Positions 9,801 through 19,207 of a DNA stretch of 64,000 nt are shown one piece after another. Each line of letters starts with the position of its first letter. Position 1 is the first letter of the stretch. Source of the DNA: a virus; the IMG/VR virus record IMGVR_UViG_3300014202_001569, positions 26,218-90,217 of that record; one strand, given 5' to 3'. A program made the position numbers and the translations under genes. Under the pieces are notes generated by a model. That model was given only the letters and a program-made list of their open reading frames with translations. It ran no database searches and had not been told where the DNA came from.

Positions 9801-12322
9801 GAAAAGTCTGCAATTCTTTCACTAAAGCTCTTGGTTGTCTCTTTAATGTTGCCAAGAAGCACACCCATTTCATTCAAGCCTACACCAACAGTCTGTTCCA
9901 TGATGGCAGTATATCTGGCTCGCTGTGAAGGAGTTAATCTCTTAATGTTCTCTTCTAAAGACTTAGTAGGATCGGCCTTAATCAACTTCCTTGTCCAATT
10001 CTCAAGATTTTGACCAAATGCCTTAAAGTCTTCGTCAGTATCCATTAACGTACCTTCTAATACCTTACGGGCTAAATCTGGACGACCACCCGAACCAATG
10101 GCTCCTAATGCCTGTTCCTTTGGCCCACCACCCCCACGAAGTATACCCTTAGAGAGAAAGTCTAATGTTCTTCCAGTTGCAGCTTCTGTGCCTGTCTTTC
10201 TACCTCTTGCACTCAATTCAAGAATGTTCTTGGCGGCTGTTGTGCTTAAATTGCCAGCCATTCTCAAGTTTTCCATGAACTGATGAGATGATTTAGCAAT
10301 TTGCACTAATTCATCGCCAAAGATGCCTGTGCTTCTACCAATTTGGGTAAGATTTCTCTGCATACCACGAAGGTCGATTGTAGACATACCCAACCTCTGG
10401 TGCCAATCCGCAAACAATTCAGAGGTACTTTCCGCACTTGCGCCAATCAAATACGCAGTCTGTAAACCAGTCTTTGTAACTTTGTTTAAAGTCTTAGTGT
10501 CTTGAATACCGCGTTTGAAATTTCTAAGAGTGGTTTTCTGTATGACGTTGAAGCGCTGGCCAGTTTCTCCTACATCACTCATGTAAGTTCCAAGCTTCTC
10601 CAAGGTTCTTGCAGAGCTATCCATGTTTTTGTTGGACTCTGCAACTCGCTTGGCTATGTCTGACCATTCTTCGCCAGTGCCTGGAGGTGGCGCACCGCCC
10701 ATTTTAATGCCAGGTATAGATGTGGTTGCACCAGTTGAAATATACATAGCCTTTGTTGCTTCATCCATGTATTCAACCTGCTCAATCAATGGCGTAAGTA
10801 CGAAGTTTATCAAACCTTCCGCCAAACCACCTAATGCCGCACCAACGAATTTGATGACTGGCCCAAGAGCCGTTAAACCTGGAATTGTAGACTTTTCTAC
10901 TAGCTCGCCCAATGCCCAAAATGGCCCTTCAATTACCTTGCCGCCAACCTTTGCAACGCCCTGAGCGACACCAGCCAACATAGATTCAACAGGTTTGTCA
11001 CCAAATACCATCCTACTTGCCGCTGAAGCTCCAGAGATTGCTTTGGTTCTCGCACCCTGTCCTGCTCTGGCAAACTTTTCTTTACGTTGCTGCTGTAGAT
11101 ACTCACGCATCAAAGCTTCCTGACTTTCCCCGCCTTTACCTCTACCCAACAAACCTTTAATGCCAGCCCCTATTGATCCTAATAAGCTAGCTTGCGATTT
11201 TGCTCCTTTGCCGTCTTCTTTGGACTTGGCTTTTTTGTCTCCTTTAAATAGCTTCTCTACAAAACCACCTGACTTCTTTTCGGCAGCAACACCCTTTTCA
11301 GTAACGCCCATTAACTCATGAATACATTTACAAATACATTGACATAACTGTAAATCATCCTTGCCCATTTCATTGACAAGAGTTTCAGCCATAGCCTCCG
11401 CTTCACTTGTTGCCCCGCCTTCTACATCTGCTTGGCCTCGCGGTCTGGTTTTACCAAGGCCAAATAGGTCTTTAACTGTACCTGCTGTGGCTTTTCCTAA
11501 AGTGCCAACAGAACGTGCCAAGAAGCCTGCCCCCTTCGCTACTTTCGCCGTTTGTTGTCCAATCCAGCTATCTGAAACTTTCTTTGCAACACTGTTCCAT
11601 AAACCAGATACCTTGTTGGTAACTCCACTCCATAGACCAGAAACCTTGTCCGTAGCACTCTTCCACCACCCTGAAACCTTATCAGTAACGCCAGACCATA
11701 AATTTGAAACTGTGGTGCTGATTTTTTGCCACACTTCAGTTAATATGTTCCTAGAATCTTCGGCAGCCTTCTCGCCTGATTTCTCAAACCACTTAAAAGG
11801 GTTCAATTTCGCTATTCTGTTTCTGAATGCTTCGCTGAATGACCTCTGGAAGTCTTTGCCTATCATTCCAAAGGCGGTACTAAATCTTCTTTGGCTTCGT
11901 TCTAGAACCTTGCCAAAGGTCATAGTTTTGTCAGTAACATTTTCAAATGCTGGGGCCATATCTTCAATAGCGTCTTCAATGGCCTTTTCTATGCCATTTC
12001 CGACTGCTGGATTCATACTCTTAGCAACAGCTTCCCCAAAAGCCTTTGCCTCTCTGTTTACGTCGCGGCTAGACCTCTTGCCAGCCATGTCTTCACAACA
12101 ATCAGCAACCTTTTTGATAAGTTTATTAAGAGCCTTTAATTCCCTGTCGAGTTGATCGCCAACAATGCGTTGTAAATTGTCGTTTAGCTTCTTCAATTGC
12201 TCAGTATTTTCGTCTTCTCTTTGCGCACCTTTCTTGTCTTTGGCAACATCACCAACTAAGGCTGCGCGCAACTCTTCAATACTAGCTTTAACTTCACGAT
12301 CAAATACATCGACTGCTGCCAT
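6827..12322 (-). CDS. Tail tape measure protein
   Basis: 1831 aa, helical and A/K/G-rich; 11-aa W-periodic repeats (LWSGVTDKVSG); hydrophobic Gly/Ala segment; directly upstream of the baseplate genes. Confidence 0.85.
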   Translation of the reverse strand: MAAVDVFDREVKASIEELRAALVGDVAKDKKGAQREDENTEQLKKLNDNLQRIVGDQLDRELKALNKLIKKVADCCEDMAGKRSSRDVNREAKAFGEAVAKSMNPAVGNGIEKAIEDAIEDMAPAFENVTDKTMTFGKVLERSQRRFSTAFGMIGKDFQRSFSEAFRNRIAKLNPFKWFEKSGEKAAEDSRNILTEVWQKISTTVSNLWSGVTDKVSGWWKSATDKVSGLWSGVTNKVSGLWNSVAKKVSDSWIGQQTAKVAKGAGFLARSVGTLGKATAGTVKDLFGLGKTRPRGQADVEGGATSEAEAMAETLVNEMGKDDLQLCQCICKCIHELMGVTEKGVAAEKKSGGFVEKLFKGDKKAKSKEDGKGAKSQASLLGSIGAGIKGLLGRGKGGESQEALMREYLQQQRKEKFARAGQGARTKAISGASAASRMVFGDKPVESMLAGVAQGVAKVGGKVIEGPFWALGELVEKSTIPGLTALGPVIKFVGAALGGLAEGLINFVLTPLIEQVEYMDEATKAMYISTGATTSIPGIKMGGAPPPGTGEEWSDIAKRVAESNKNMDSSARTLEKLGTYMSDVGETGQRFNVIQKTTLRNFKRGIQDTKTLNKVTKTGLQTAYLIGASAESTSELFADWHQRLGMSTIDLRGMQRNLTQIGRSTGIFGDELVQIAKSSHQFMENLRMAGNLSTTAAKNILELSARGRKTGTEAATGRTLDFLSKGILRGGGGPKEQALGAIGSGGRPDLARKVLEGTLMDTDEDFKAFGQNLENWTRKLIKADPTKSLEENIKRLTPSQRARYTAIMEQTVGVGLNEMGVLLGNIKETTKSFSERIADFSKAARGPTMSLEDLQGVMDKGGAEWRKTFDKLVAEKGDIGKAIDEMLNMEKLPQELRKQLEGQLSAQQAAFQKQQLFLKTGADLLDAFNASIKDGGKDFDEAIKELAGPQGSKNFQEYLKAIGGDVANGGAAIEKVLADQAKRMREEAKKLGKEEIVNILPTPEEIQKALAGKKPEDMTAIVEKFTRVQGLIAKQGMQASNPVEDIKQNVHLIEAHFKQLMQSAIFQALPFLTEAIKQLNEAPFWKAFKEGDIKKGVELLGEFLANMAGDIEKAMAQVASIADTPGFQKFISGLVSGIATIAKPLLEAIGNYIKENAGGIAKFLEQAIKFFNETDWEMVGKALGMILAALVAIGAAVAVGGALLLGLTALSGGLGGLLLALGGGALVAGIVALALAFKDLDNAKNNLNKTIQKGIEFDQKRTDKSITDNKDLALQGNVSALEARRAALLREEATVVTRIEKNKDKKVGLFGGNAEEVAQVTADRARKTQIDKEKTALEEQLKVAKAQEADKMKTMKGSDLANKQMEDYWNIMMKKQREQKGIQDKQIEERNALHKRVAELDDMTWWTGAEKRERAEKAARRDQLNETLEETQKRLWKPFQHDAQRVYDNTWHKALSMLGNESADQKYVRQRYGISTVDQRKQGVDRGKLGKDYEGLADILWEKGPEAAMDYIKKNAKSLNMDIVQSMLNVYGSKLPVEMAKNLKTAFAQQDYNDLTKKAVTAGLIDPKKEGLTDEQFLRAREVARKRGVDTPDTQDIAKVLQNPETVKLTKEQLDFLVRARDVLKDQLADVKKRAGEATGSGKTVLDNMAKNLQEQIDKSISPTANKEIEEMAKKASNPGSIYTHDTHLEKLLEDMLANRMEITAVKGPAFITPATDGNQVAVSSMLPGSAKGAEDEMRRRQAESSGSDVDMARTEANTGTTAANTRAMVKLLGRIGRLLAKRGNNGNCIQGVQGVDYPTEAFFDEILSTEWPGARIGRTVGLEIDYTDLS

Positions 12323-12390
12323 AATGCTATTTATCTTTCTGTAGTAACTATTAAACGACTAAAATGGATTCAAGAAATGAATTACCGTAT

Positions 12391-12927
12391 CTATGCAAGT
12401 GGAGTCTGAATTTCCCCAGGTTGTGCAACTGGTTGATTTATTTGGTATTTTATTAACTCTTCTATTTGCATTCGTATTTGGTCTAACTCATTAGGGTCTA
12501 AAGTTCTAGATAGTTCCGCAACACCCTTTAAGAAAGCACTGTCCATCATTCTTAATTGACTGATTCCATTTCTCTTATAAGTTCTGAACGCTCCTGGGTT
12601 GTTTGGCCCTCCAACTATATAAGGATCACCCTTTATCATAGAATAACTGAATGGTTTATCCAAAAATCTTTCTAACATGTTCTTAACATAAGGCACCGTT
12701 AGATAGTTTAGATTAACTCCCCTGATCGCATCACTAAATATATCTGATACTATAACCAATGGGTAAGGGTCATGTATCATCTTGCCAACCCTCTGCCCAA
12801 TATAATGAAAGTTGATGACGCTGCCTTTGTGAACTATCTTAGGTGTAGCTACCGCTGGGGTCGGATAACTAATAGCCTTGAACAGACTTCCTAGTTTTTG
12901 TAAATCTTTTGGATTAATAGGCGGCAT
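12391..12927 (-). CDS. DNA end-protector protein, T4 gp2-like
   Basis: HDPYPLVIV...IRGVNLNYL resembles the gp2 D.FPL...G.NLHYL motif. Confidence 0.55.
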   Translation of the reverse strand: MPPINPKDLQKLGSLFKAISYPTPAVATPKIVHKGSVINFHYIGQRVGKMIHDPYPLVIVSDIFSDAIRGVNLNYLTVPYVKNMLERFLDKPFSYSMIKGDPYIVGGPNNPGAFRTYKRNGISQLRMMDSAFLKGVAELSRTLDPNELDQIRMQIEELIKYQINQPVAQPGEIQTPLA

Positions 12928-12961
12928 GGTTTATTTAGCCTTATTAACCATAACTATTTAT

Positions 12962-13168
12962 ATGATTCAGTTAAACCCGCCATTGCCGCTGGAAACTCCA
13001 AAAGGTAAGGGTTATGCTCACTTTCTAATAGACTATAGCCAGGAACATAACCTATTATGGGTAGTTTTTATTGACGAAACAGGAGAATGCTGGACATTTC
13101 AAAATCCAGAAATAAGATTACAAACCAATTTCACTATGGGACGAACAGTTAAGCCTTCATGTAAGTAA
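12962..13168 (+). CDS. Hypothetical phage protein
   Basis: ORF track 12878..13168; ATG 12962 (MIQLNPPLPLETPKG) is the more plausible start. Confidence 0.6.
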   Translation: MIQLNPPLPLETPKGKGYAHFLIDYSQEHNLLWVVFIDETGECWTFQNPEIRLQTNFTMGRTVKPSCK

Positions 13169-13637
13169 GATTGCTGTAATCCATACCATAATCAGAACTA
13201 CGGACAACAACCTTGCCCCAAGGATCACGGTCAAACTCTTTATCACGCAAGTCCTTCTCCGCAATTGCACTTCGGTTAAAGAATTTCTTTACTTCAGTAG
13301 TAACAGCCGAAATGATCTTCTTGCCAGCCTCCTCAGGCTTATAGTCACTTATCAAATCCTCGAACATGGTTTCTATGTCCATTGGGTATGCGCGTCCGAA
13401 AGGTTCGGTACTCGCTTCCTTCTGCACCCTGAAACTAATTTGATCCCCAACCTTATAAATTCTAATGCCTTCGAAGAAGGTATTCTTGCTTGGATTATAG
13501 ACGAAAAGGAACGGATCATCGTCATCCAGATGGTTTTTGACGGTCATGCCGTTAGACAAAAGTATCTGCTCAATGATCTTGAGTTGCTTTTTAGTCTCTC
13601 TTTCCTTCTTGTCTATAAATTCAATGAACTTTATCAT
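13149..13637 (-). CDS. Hypothetical protein, possible internal head protein
   Basis: 162-aa ORF; N-terminus MIKFIEFIDKKE; CTAAATA just upstream. Confidence 0.6.
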   Translation of the reverse strand: MIKFIEFIDKKERETKKQLKIIEQILLSNGMTVKNHLDDDDPFLFVYNPSKNTFFEGIRIYKVGDQISFRVQKEASTEPFGRAYPMDIETMFEDLISDYKPEEAGKKIISAVTTEVKKFFNRSAIAEKDLRDKEFDRDPWGKVVVRSSDYGMDYSNLTYMKA

Positions 13638-13690
13638 GCTATTACTATTTAGGATATTGACACGTTTTTCTAATTAGATTATATTTTGCT

Positions 13691-14512
13691 ATGAGACAAG
13701 AGTGGAATGTTAATAACCAGAAAGTAATTTGTAACGATTGCCTTCCTGAAATGAGAGCCATGCCAGAGAAGTCTGTGGATGTTGTCGTCACCAGCCCGCC
13801 ATACAACCTTGACATTAAATACAACACCTACGACGACAAACTGAAGTTCGAGGAATACTGGACCTGGCTGTTCGTCATCGCCAAAAACATATTGCGCGTC
13901 CTGAAAGACGATGGCTCATTCTTCCTGAACATTGGTAGTAACTGCAAATATCCTTGTTTCGGCATGGATGTTTGCCAGATAGTAAGAAATTCTGGATTCG
14001 TATTGCAGAATAATATCGTTTGGGTAAAATCATTAACCATTGGTGACACTAATTATGGTCACTTTAAACCCATCAAGGGTGAGAGATTCCTGAACAATCA
14101 GTGTGAATCTATCTTTCATTTCACCAGAAAAGGTGACGTGAAATTAAAAAGACTGGATATTGGCGTGCCATATTCCGATAAGTTTAATGTCAAGCGGTGG
14201 AAAGGCAAAAAGGCCGACGTGCGATGCGGAGGGAACGTCTGGTTCCTGCCTTACAAAACATATTCACCGTATTCAGACAGAAATTGGGAAGTAAGAAAAC
14301 ACCCAGCAGGGTTTCCAATTTCTCTGCCAGAGAAGTGTATCAAACTTCATGGCATAAAAGAAAACATGCTAGTTCTTGATCCCTTTGTGGGGGCTGGAAC
14401 GACCTTAATGGCTTGTCAACAACTTGGTGTTGCTGGTATTGGCATGGATTTAGATTTGGATTATTGCCTAATAACTTGTAATAATTTGGGGCATAATGAT
14501 GTTCAAAAGTAA
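13691..14512 (+). CDS. Beta-class amino (N4-C/N6-A) DNA methyltransferase
   Basis: Catalytic TSPPY precedes the SAM-binding DPFVGAGTT; HPAGFP motif. Confidence 0.92.
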   Translation: MRQEWNVNNQKVICNDCLPEMRAMPEKSVDVVVTSPPYNLDIKYNTYDDKLKFEEYWTWLFVIAKNILRVLKDDGSFFLNIGSNCKYPCFGMDVCQIVRNSGFVLQNNIVWVKSLTIGDTNYGHFKPIKGERFLNNQCESIFHFTRKGDVKLKRLDIGVPYSDKFNVKRWKGKKADVRCGGNVWFLPYKTYSPYSDRNWEVRKHPAGFPISLPEKCIKLHGIKENMLVLDPFVGAGTTLMACQQLGVAGIGMDLDLDYCLITCNNLGHNDVQK

Positions 14513-15134
14513 ATATGATAAGCGTGGTGCTGGCAAAGAAGGAAGCTTTGCCGATAGCATCTATAACCGCGTGCTACAAGAAAGCAACGTAAGCTTTCGA
14601 GACGCTACGGTGAAAGAGGATTGTGCGGGTAAAGACAAGATTCGTGCAAACGGAGAAGCCGACGATGTGAAAGGTCGGAAGAGTGCGGGAACCCATCGAG
14701 TTTGGTTGGAAGTCTGTGCTGCCAATAACGGGTCTATTGGCAGTGGGTGGACTTATCATGACGTTTTCATCGCACAAATGATGATCTATGTCGATGAGAA
14801 TAAGAACATAACGGATATCATCTTCGGTCGCTATTATGCTCCCGATGCCGTTAAAGAAATCTTAGAAAAACTTGATTTGACCAAGGAAACGAGAATCAAC
14901 AATGAGCTTAACAAGCTCTATTCGAGATGGTCGTTTGACCCCTACGATAAAATGCAGAAGCATCGTGGGTCAACAGTCTGTGTGACCTACTCAGACCTCG
15001 AATCTATAAGTTCATTCGAGCGCATCCAAGTGCCACGCAAGTATTGGCCAGAAATCATGAAGTTCTACAATGATCTGGCCCTTGACCAAGCCAAGGGCAG
15101 AAGTGTTGAAGTGCCATACAACGGCATCGTATAA
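14496..15134 (+). CDS. Putative PD-(D/E)xK restriction endonuclease partner of the MTase
   Basis: Overlaps the MTase stop; D-x-K-like EADDVKGRK...WLEV; assignment by context. Confidence 0.4.
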   Translation: MMFKSKYDKRGAGKEGSFADSIYNRVLQESNVSFRDATVKEDCAGKDKIRANGEADDVKGRKSAGTHRVWLEVCAANNGSIGSGWTYHDVFIAQMMIYVDENKNITDIIFGRYYAPDAVKEILEKLDLTKETRINNELNKLYSRWSFDPYDKMQKHRGSTVCVTYSDLESISSFERIQVPRKYWPEIMKFYNDLALDQAKGRSVEVPYNGIV

Positions 15135-15138
15135 ACTA

Positions 15139-15168
15139 AAAAGGCCAGGAGTAAAATCCTGGCCTTTT
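15139..15168. terminator. Bidirectional intrinsic terminator
   Basis: aaaaggccagga-gtaaaa-tcctggcctttt, a perfect 12-bp inverted repeat between convergent genes. Confidence 0.85.
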
Positions 15169-15171
15169 CTT

Positions 15172-16512
15172 TTACCCACACTGTCTCATTAGTATCTCTG
15201 GTGCATTTGGCACACAACGCTGCAACGTCTTCAAATCACTCGGATTACCAGTGTATGGCGTCTCCCTAATTACTATGCCAGGGAAACTAGATGCTGCTTC
15301 CTTGATAATCTGTGCCGTCGCCGTCAAAAACAACTGACCCTGACGCTTCGCTATGAACTCATGCTCCTTCTTGTATGGCTTGCCGTCTTCATCCAACTCA
15401 CCACTGTCCTTCATATACATGATCTTTACATCAACGAAACTAATAATTTCACCATCTTCATCAATCATTGCCTCAGAACCATCGTCCTGCTTCAACTTAA
15501 CCATCAATGTCCCATCCGTGAAAGCTGCCTTCAAAGATGTAGCAATATCCCAACCAATGGTGTAAACTGTGCCGTCAGTTCCAGTTACGTTGATAATGAA
15601 TGCTCTAGTCTTGAATGTTTCTGCAATAGAATCTACTACGATACGCTTGCGGAGAGCATCTTTTTCTTCAGGACTACCTTCTTCCAATCTTTGGATTTCT
15701 GGTGCTTTTAGGTATCGCTGTGGGTCATCTGTTCTCAATGTCCAGTTACCGATATAAACATCACCAAATCTAGCATTGAATCTGGTAGACATACGAATGG
15801 AGAAATCCTGTTCGTTGTAGATCAGGTCTTCGGTTGAACCACCGCTACCGACTTGAACGGAGCCAGTCAAAGCGGCAATAAACTTACGGTGTAGATCAGC
15901 TTTCATGCTGTATAAACCAGTTAGCTTAATGTAGACGTTGTTCAAAAGTGGCTGGGTCTGTAGCACATCTACAATGTGATTTGCTACGGATGTGCCTGGA
16001 TTGTTATGGTCCAAATCGTCCTTAATCATTTTCTTGATTTCTTTGGACGCTTTTTCAATGTTTGAATGTTCTCTAAGGAAGACTACCTGGAGGTTATCTT
16101 CTACGAACTTCCTTTGGTAAGCGTCAAGGTGTCTGTCGCGCACATCCATGATAAGACTTTTCATTTCTTGAACGTCGCCTTTGATGGCTGAGTTCATAAA
16201 TTCTTTCTTCCACTGCTCGAAGTCTAGGTGCTTCTTTTCTTCGGGCATGTCTGGATATTGTGGATCGGCGGAAAAGTCTTGTTCGCCTGGTTGTGTATCC
16301 ATTTGGTCGGGTGGCATATTAGCTACGTTTGGATCACCGCCTGGAGAAGCAGCAGGAGAATTTGGACCCGCTGGCGACGAAGGATCACCCATAGAAGAAC
16401 CTACAGACGGATCACCTGGACCCGTACCCGTGCCGTAAGCTTCCTTCTTAATCTCCGCTTTCTTTGAAGCTGCTTGTTCCAGCCAATCCTCAAGATTTAT
16501 TCTGTCCGTCAT
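15172..16512 (-). CDS. Hypothetical virion-associated protein
   Basis: 446 aa; Pro/Gly/Ser-rich N-terminal linker; LEDWLEQ N-terminus. Confidence 0.6.
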   Translation of the reverse strand: MTDRINLEDWLEQAASKKAEIKKEAYGTGTGPGDPSVGSSMGDPSSPAGPNSPAASPGGDPNVANMPPDQMDTQPGEQDFSADPQYPDMPEEKKHLDFEQWKKEFMNSAIKGDVQEMKSLIMDVRDRHLDAYQRKFVEDNLQVVFLREHSNIEKASKEIKKMIKDDLDHNNPGTSVANHIVDVLQTQPLLNNVYIKLTGLYSMKADLHRKFIAALTGSVQVGSGGSTEDLIYNEQDFSIRMSTRFNARFGDVYIGNWTLRTDDPQRYLKAPEIQRLEEGSPEEKDALRKRIVVDSIAETFKTRAFIINVTGTDGTVYTIGWDIATSLKAAFTDGTLMVKLKQDDGSEAMIDEDGEIISFVDVKIMYMKDSGELDEDGKPYKKEHEFIAKRQGQLFLTATAQIIKEAASSFPGIVIRETPYTGNPSDLKTLQRCVPNAPEILMRQCG

Positions 16513-16948
16513 TTGCTTCCTTTTGTTTTTGTATCTTCTGAATCTGCTTGATTAATTCCCTTTTACTAGAGCTATCACCTAAGTTTATAGTGTTATTTTG
16601 GTGTGCTGCCAAGTATCTAGGGAAGGTATCACGTTCTTTGAGCTTAACTCTAGTAGCTAAGTCAAGAACTTTAGTCATTTTTTCAGAGATGCCAGCCTTA
16701 ATTTCAAACATTTTGGTCATGGCTTCTTTACTAGCGCTGGTCGAGTCACCTTCGTTAATAACCATCTCTATTAAACTTTGTTTAACATCGTCTACTTCTT
16801 GCCGCTCTTGGCGAAGATTGTTCATAACTTCGTTGCACCAACCTAACCAGACTTCATCAGGGATTAAAGCTTTCTCCTCTTCTTGGGGCGCTGGGACATT
16901 TACGTTAAGTTGGGGAAGTAATTGCTCAAACTCTTTGTTTTCATCCAT
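16490..16948 (-). CDS. Hypothetical helical protein
   Basis: 152-aa ORF overlapping the next gene. Confidence 0.6.
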   Translation of the reverse strand: MDENKEFEQLLPQLNVNVPAPQEEEKALIPDEVWLGWCNEVMNNLRQERQEVDDVKQSLIEMVINEGDSTSASKEAMTKMFEIKAGISEKMTKVLDLATRVKLKERDTFPRYLAAHQNNTINLGDSSSKRELIKQIQKIQKQKEANDGQNKS

Positions 16949-17030
16949 AATAATTATTTATGGTAAAGGTATGTATTTTACTAGAGTCAATCTTATTAAA
17001 GCTATATAGTTTAATACCAAAAAGGAATGT

Positions 17031-17420
17031 ATGGAAGAAAAATTCTATAAGGAAGTGAACGATTCTCTTAAGTTAGTTTTTGATATTACGTCTCGTATTG
17101 ACGAACGCATGAAAGTTTTGATCGAAAATAACAACGATTCGAAAGAGAAAATCGAGAAGCTATACGATCAACATATCGTAATGCTCAATCGTATAGTCAT
17201 CGTAGAAAACAAAAACAATGGACAACTACTCAATGATCTTAAAGCTGAAGTTAATATAATAGAGAGTAGGGTTGAGCATTTGTCCGAGCGACTAATCCAT
17301 GTTGAAAAGGAACTGACGCAGACCACCCACAAGTGGACGACGGTTGTTGATTTTATATTCAAGGTAGGAGTAGTCGTAATTGGCAGTATAATTTTGTGGA
17401 AATTGGGCATTAAACCGTAA
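17031..17420 (+). CDS. Coiled-coil protein with C-terminal transmembrane helix (holin-like candidate)
   Basis: Heptad-rich body followed by VVDFIFKVGVVVIGSIILWKLG. Confidence 0.5.
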   Translation: MEEKFYKEVNDSLKLVFDITSRIDERMKVLIENNNDSKEKIEKLYDQHIVMLNRIVIVENKNNGQLLNDLKAEVNIIESRVEHLSERLIHVEKELTQTTHKWTTVVDFIFKVGVVVIGSIILWKLGIKP

Positions 17421-17444
17421 ATATAATAATAGGTGAAAAAGGGT

Positions 17445-19022
17445 ATGAGAAAAACATTTTTAGAATATGTTGGATTAAAAGAAAACACTGAAGCTAAAAA
17501 AGCTTCTTCTGAAGTCAAATTGGCTGACGATACGGACTTTAAGCCATTTGTTATTGATGGTGAAAACCATCCTGGGTTGAGAGTCATTGTCAAAGCTTTC
17601 TTGGACAGTGATAAAGTTTCGTTGCCTGGTCCTGATGGCTACCCACAAAAGTTAACCACCATCGACCCAGCCAAAGGTGAGACTTCGCCACGTCTAAAGA
17701 AAAAGGGTCTATATCTTGTCGGTGGAGCCGTTCGTGACCACCTTCTAGGCAAAACCCCTAAAGACTATGATCTAGCAACAGACGCTGGACCTGACGAAAT
17801 CCGTCTAATCCTTAGAAGCGGTGGTTTTACAGAAGTCAGACCACAAGATGCCAAAGATAAAAAGTATGAGAGATATCCAGAAGCAGGCCAAAAGAACAAG
17901 GTCTTCTCCGCTAAAGGCTGGGACCGTGGCGGCAAGGAATACGTTTTTAACGCCAGAGTTAATGGCGAAGAATTTGAAATAGCTACCTTCAGAAAAGATT
18001 CCAAGGGCGGTGATGGCAAGACTCCAGACAGCATGGAGTTCGGTGGACTTGATGACGACGCTGGAAGAAGAGATTTCACAGTTAATTCCATGTATATTCC
18101 ACTTACTTCTGCTGACGGAGCCAACGCCAAACTAATCGACCCGCACGGTGGCGCTCACCACTTACGTCGTGGTGAAGTTGAGTTTGTAGGTAATCCAAAG
18201 GATAGACTTGGTGAAGACCAGTCCCGCGTCTTGCGATATATCCGCCAAATTGCAACCCACGGCAAGAATACCAAAGTAGGCGATAACGTAAAGTCCGCTA
18301 TCAAGGACATTAAGGATTTGCCATCGGTTAGCCGTGAAAAGATTAAGGAGGAGTTCCTTAAGGGTCTACAACACCCCGACGTTGATCCAGTTCACTACGT
18401 CAAGATGTATAAGGAACTAGGATTGTTAGACACCGTATTCCCTGACATGCAGTTCAAGCTAGATGGTCCAGACGATTTCTCCGACAAGAAAGAGAAACGA
18501 TTGGCTATCGCTTGGTTGCTAAGAAATAACCCAACAGAAAGAGTAGAAAAGATGCTCCGTCAGGGCACTTGGAGTGATGAAGAAATCAGAGACACTGTTA
18601 TGCTTATTAAGCTTTCAAAATGGCTGAGTGAGCATGGCAAGAACCCAAGAGTCTTCTTGGATAAGTTCTTCGACATGAAGAAGGACTTCCATAAGACAGG
18701 CATGGTCCCAAGCCTAATGAAGCAGTGGTGTAGTATGAATAAACATCCAGAAGATGTTACACATCACTTCCTAAACCATGAACTTGATACCAAGGGTTAT
18801 GTTGATGATGAAAGTGGTAGGAAAGCCATTAATCCAGAAATTGCCAAACTGTTTGGCGGTCGTACCCCACAAGGTTCAGAATTTGCAGATGCCATCAAGT
18901 GGCTAGAAACTGATAAGTTCCGCAAGAGATTATCAACAAAAGCCGAAGACTACAAAGATGATGAAGAAGATCATGATGATGACGACAAAGATCACGAAGA
19001 TCATGAGGGTCATGAGGAGTAA
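17445..19022 (+). CDS. cca: Class II tRNA nucleotidyltransferase (CCA-adding/polyA polymerase family)
   Basis: VGGAVRD...KDYDLAT, EIATFRKD, RRDFTVN and EDQSRVLR motifs; acidic His-rich tail. ATG 17445 (MRKTFLEYV) chosen over the track start 17433. Confidence 0.9.
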   Translation: MRKTFLEYVGLKENTEAKKASSEVKLADDTDFKPFVIDGENHPGLRVIVKAFLDSDKVSLPGPDGYPQKLTTIDPAKGETSPRLKKKGLYLVGGAVRDHLLGKTPKDYDLATDAGPDEIRLILRSGGFTEVRPQDAKDKKYERYPEAGQKNKVFSAKGWDRGGKEYVFNARVNGEEFEIATFRKDSKGGDGKTPDSMEFGGLDDDAGRRDFTVNSMYIPLTSADGANAKLIDPHGGAHHLRRGEVEFVGNPKDRLGEDQSRVLRYIRQIATHGKNTKVGDNVKSAIKDIKDLPSVSREKIKEEFLKGLQHPDVDPVHYVKMYKELGLLDTVFPDMQFKLDGPDDFSDKKEKRLAIAWLLRNNPTERVEKMLRQGTWSDEEIRDTVMLIKLSKWLSEHGKNPRVFLDKFFDMKKDFHKTGMVPSLMKQWCSMNKHPEDVTHHFLNHELDTKGYVDDESGRKAINPEIAKLFGGRTPQGSEFADAIKWLETDKFRKRLSTKAEDYKDDEEDHDDDDKDHEDHEGHEE

Positions 19023-19207
19023 TGATGTGCTGTAAACATGAGGTTTATAAATTCATAGCATGGTTGGCTTTTACTTTTTCCCTAGTGAATAGCATTGCTA
19101 TGGGTGTTCGCGTCTTTTGGTGGGGCGGCTACAGCGACTGGTGGATGAACTATTTTGTGTGGTTCGCAGTCGCTTCTGGATTTTATATTTGGCATAAGCT
19201 AAAATGA
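19022..19207 (+). CDS. Small membrane protein
   Basis: Two hydrophobic segments; TAATG overlap with the upstream gene. Confidence 0.55.
   Translation: MMCCKHEVYKFIAWLAFTFSLVNSIAMGVRVFWWGGYSDWWMNYFVWFAVASGFYIWHKLK

Noticed and set aside
7449-12155. Plus-strand ORFs inside the tape measure gene (e.g. 11361-12155, 264 aa)
   Set aside because: Antisense shadows of a long biased coding sequence, with no SD or motif support
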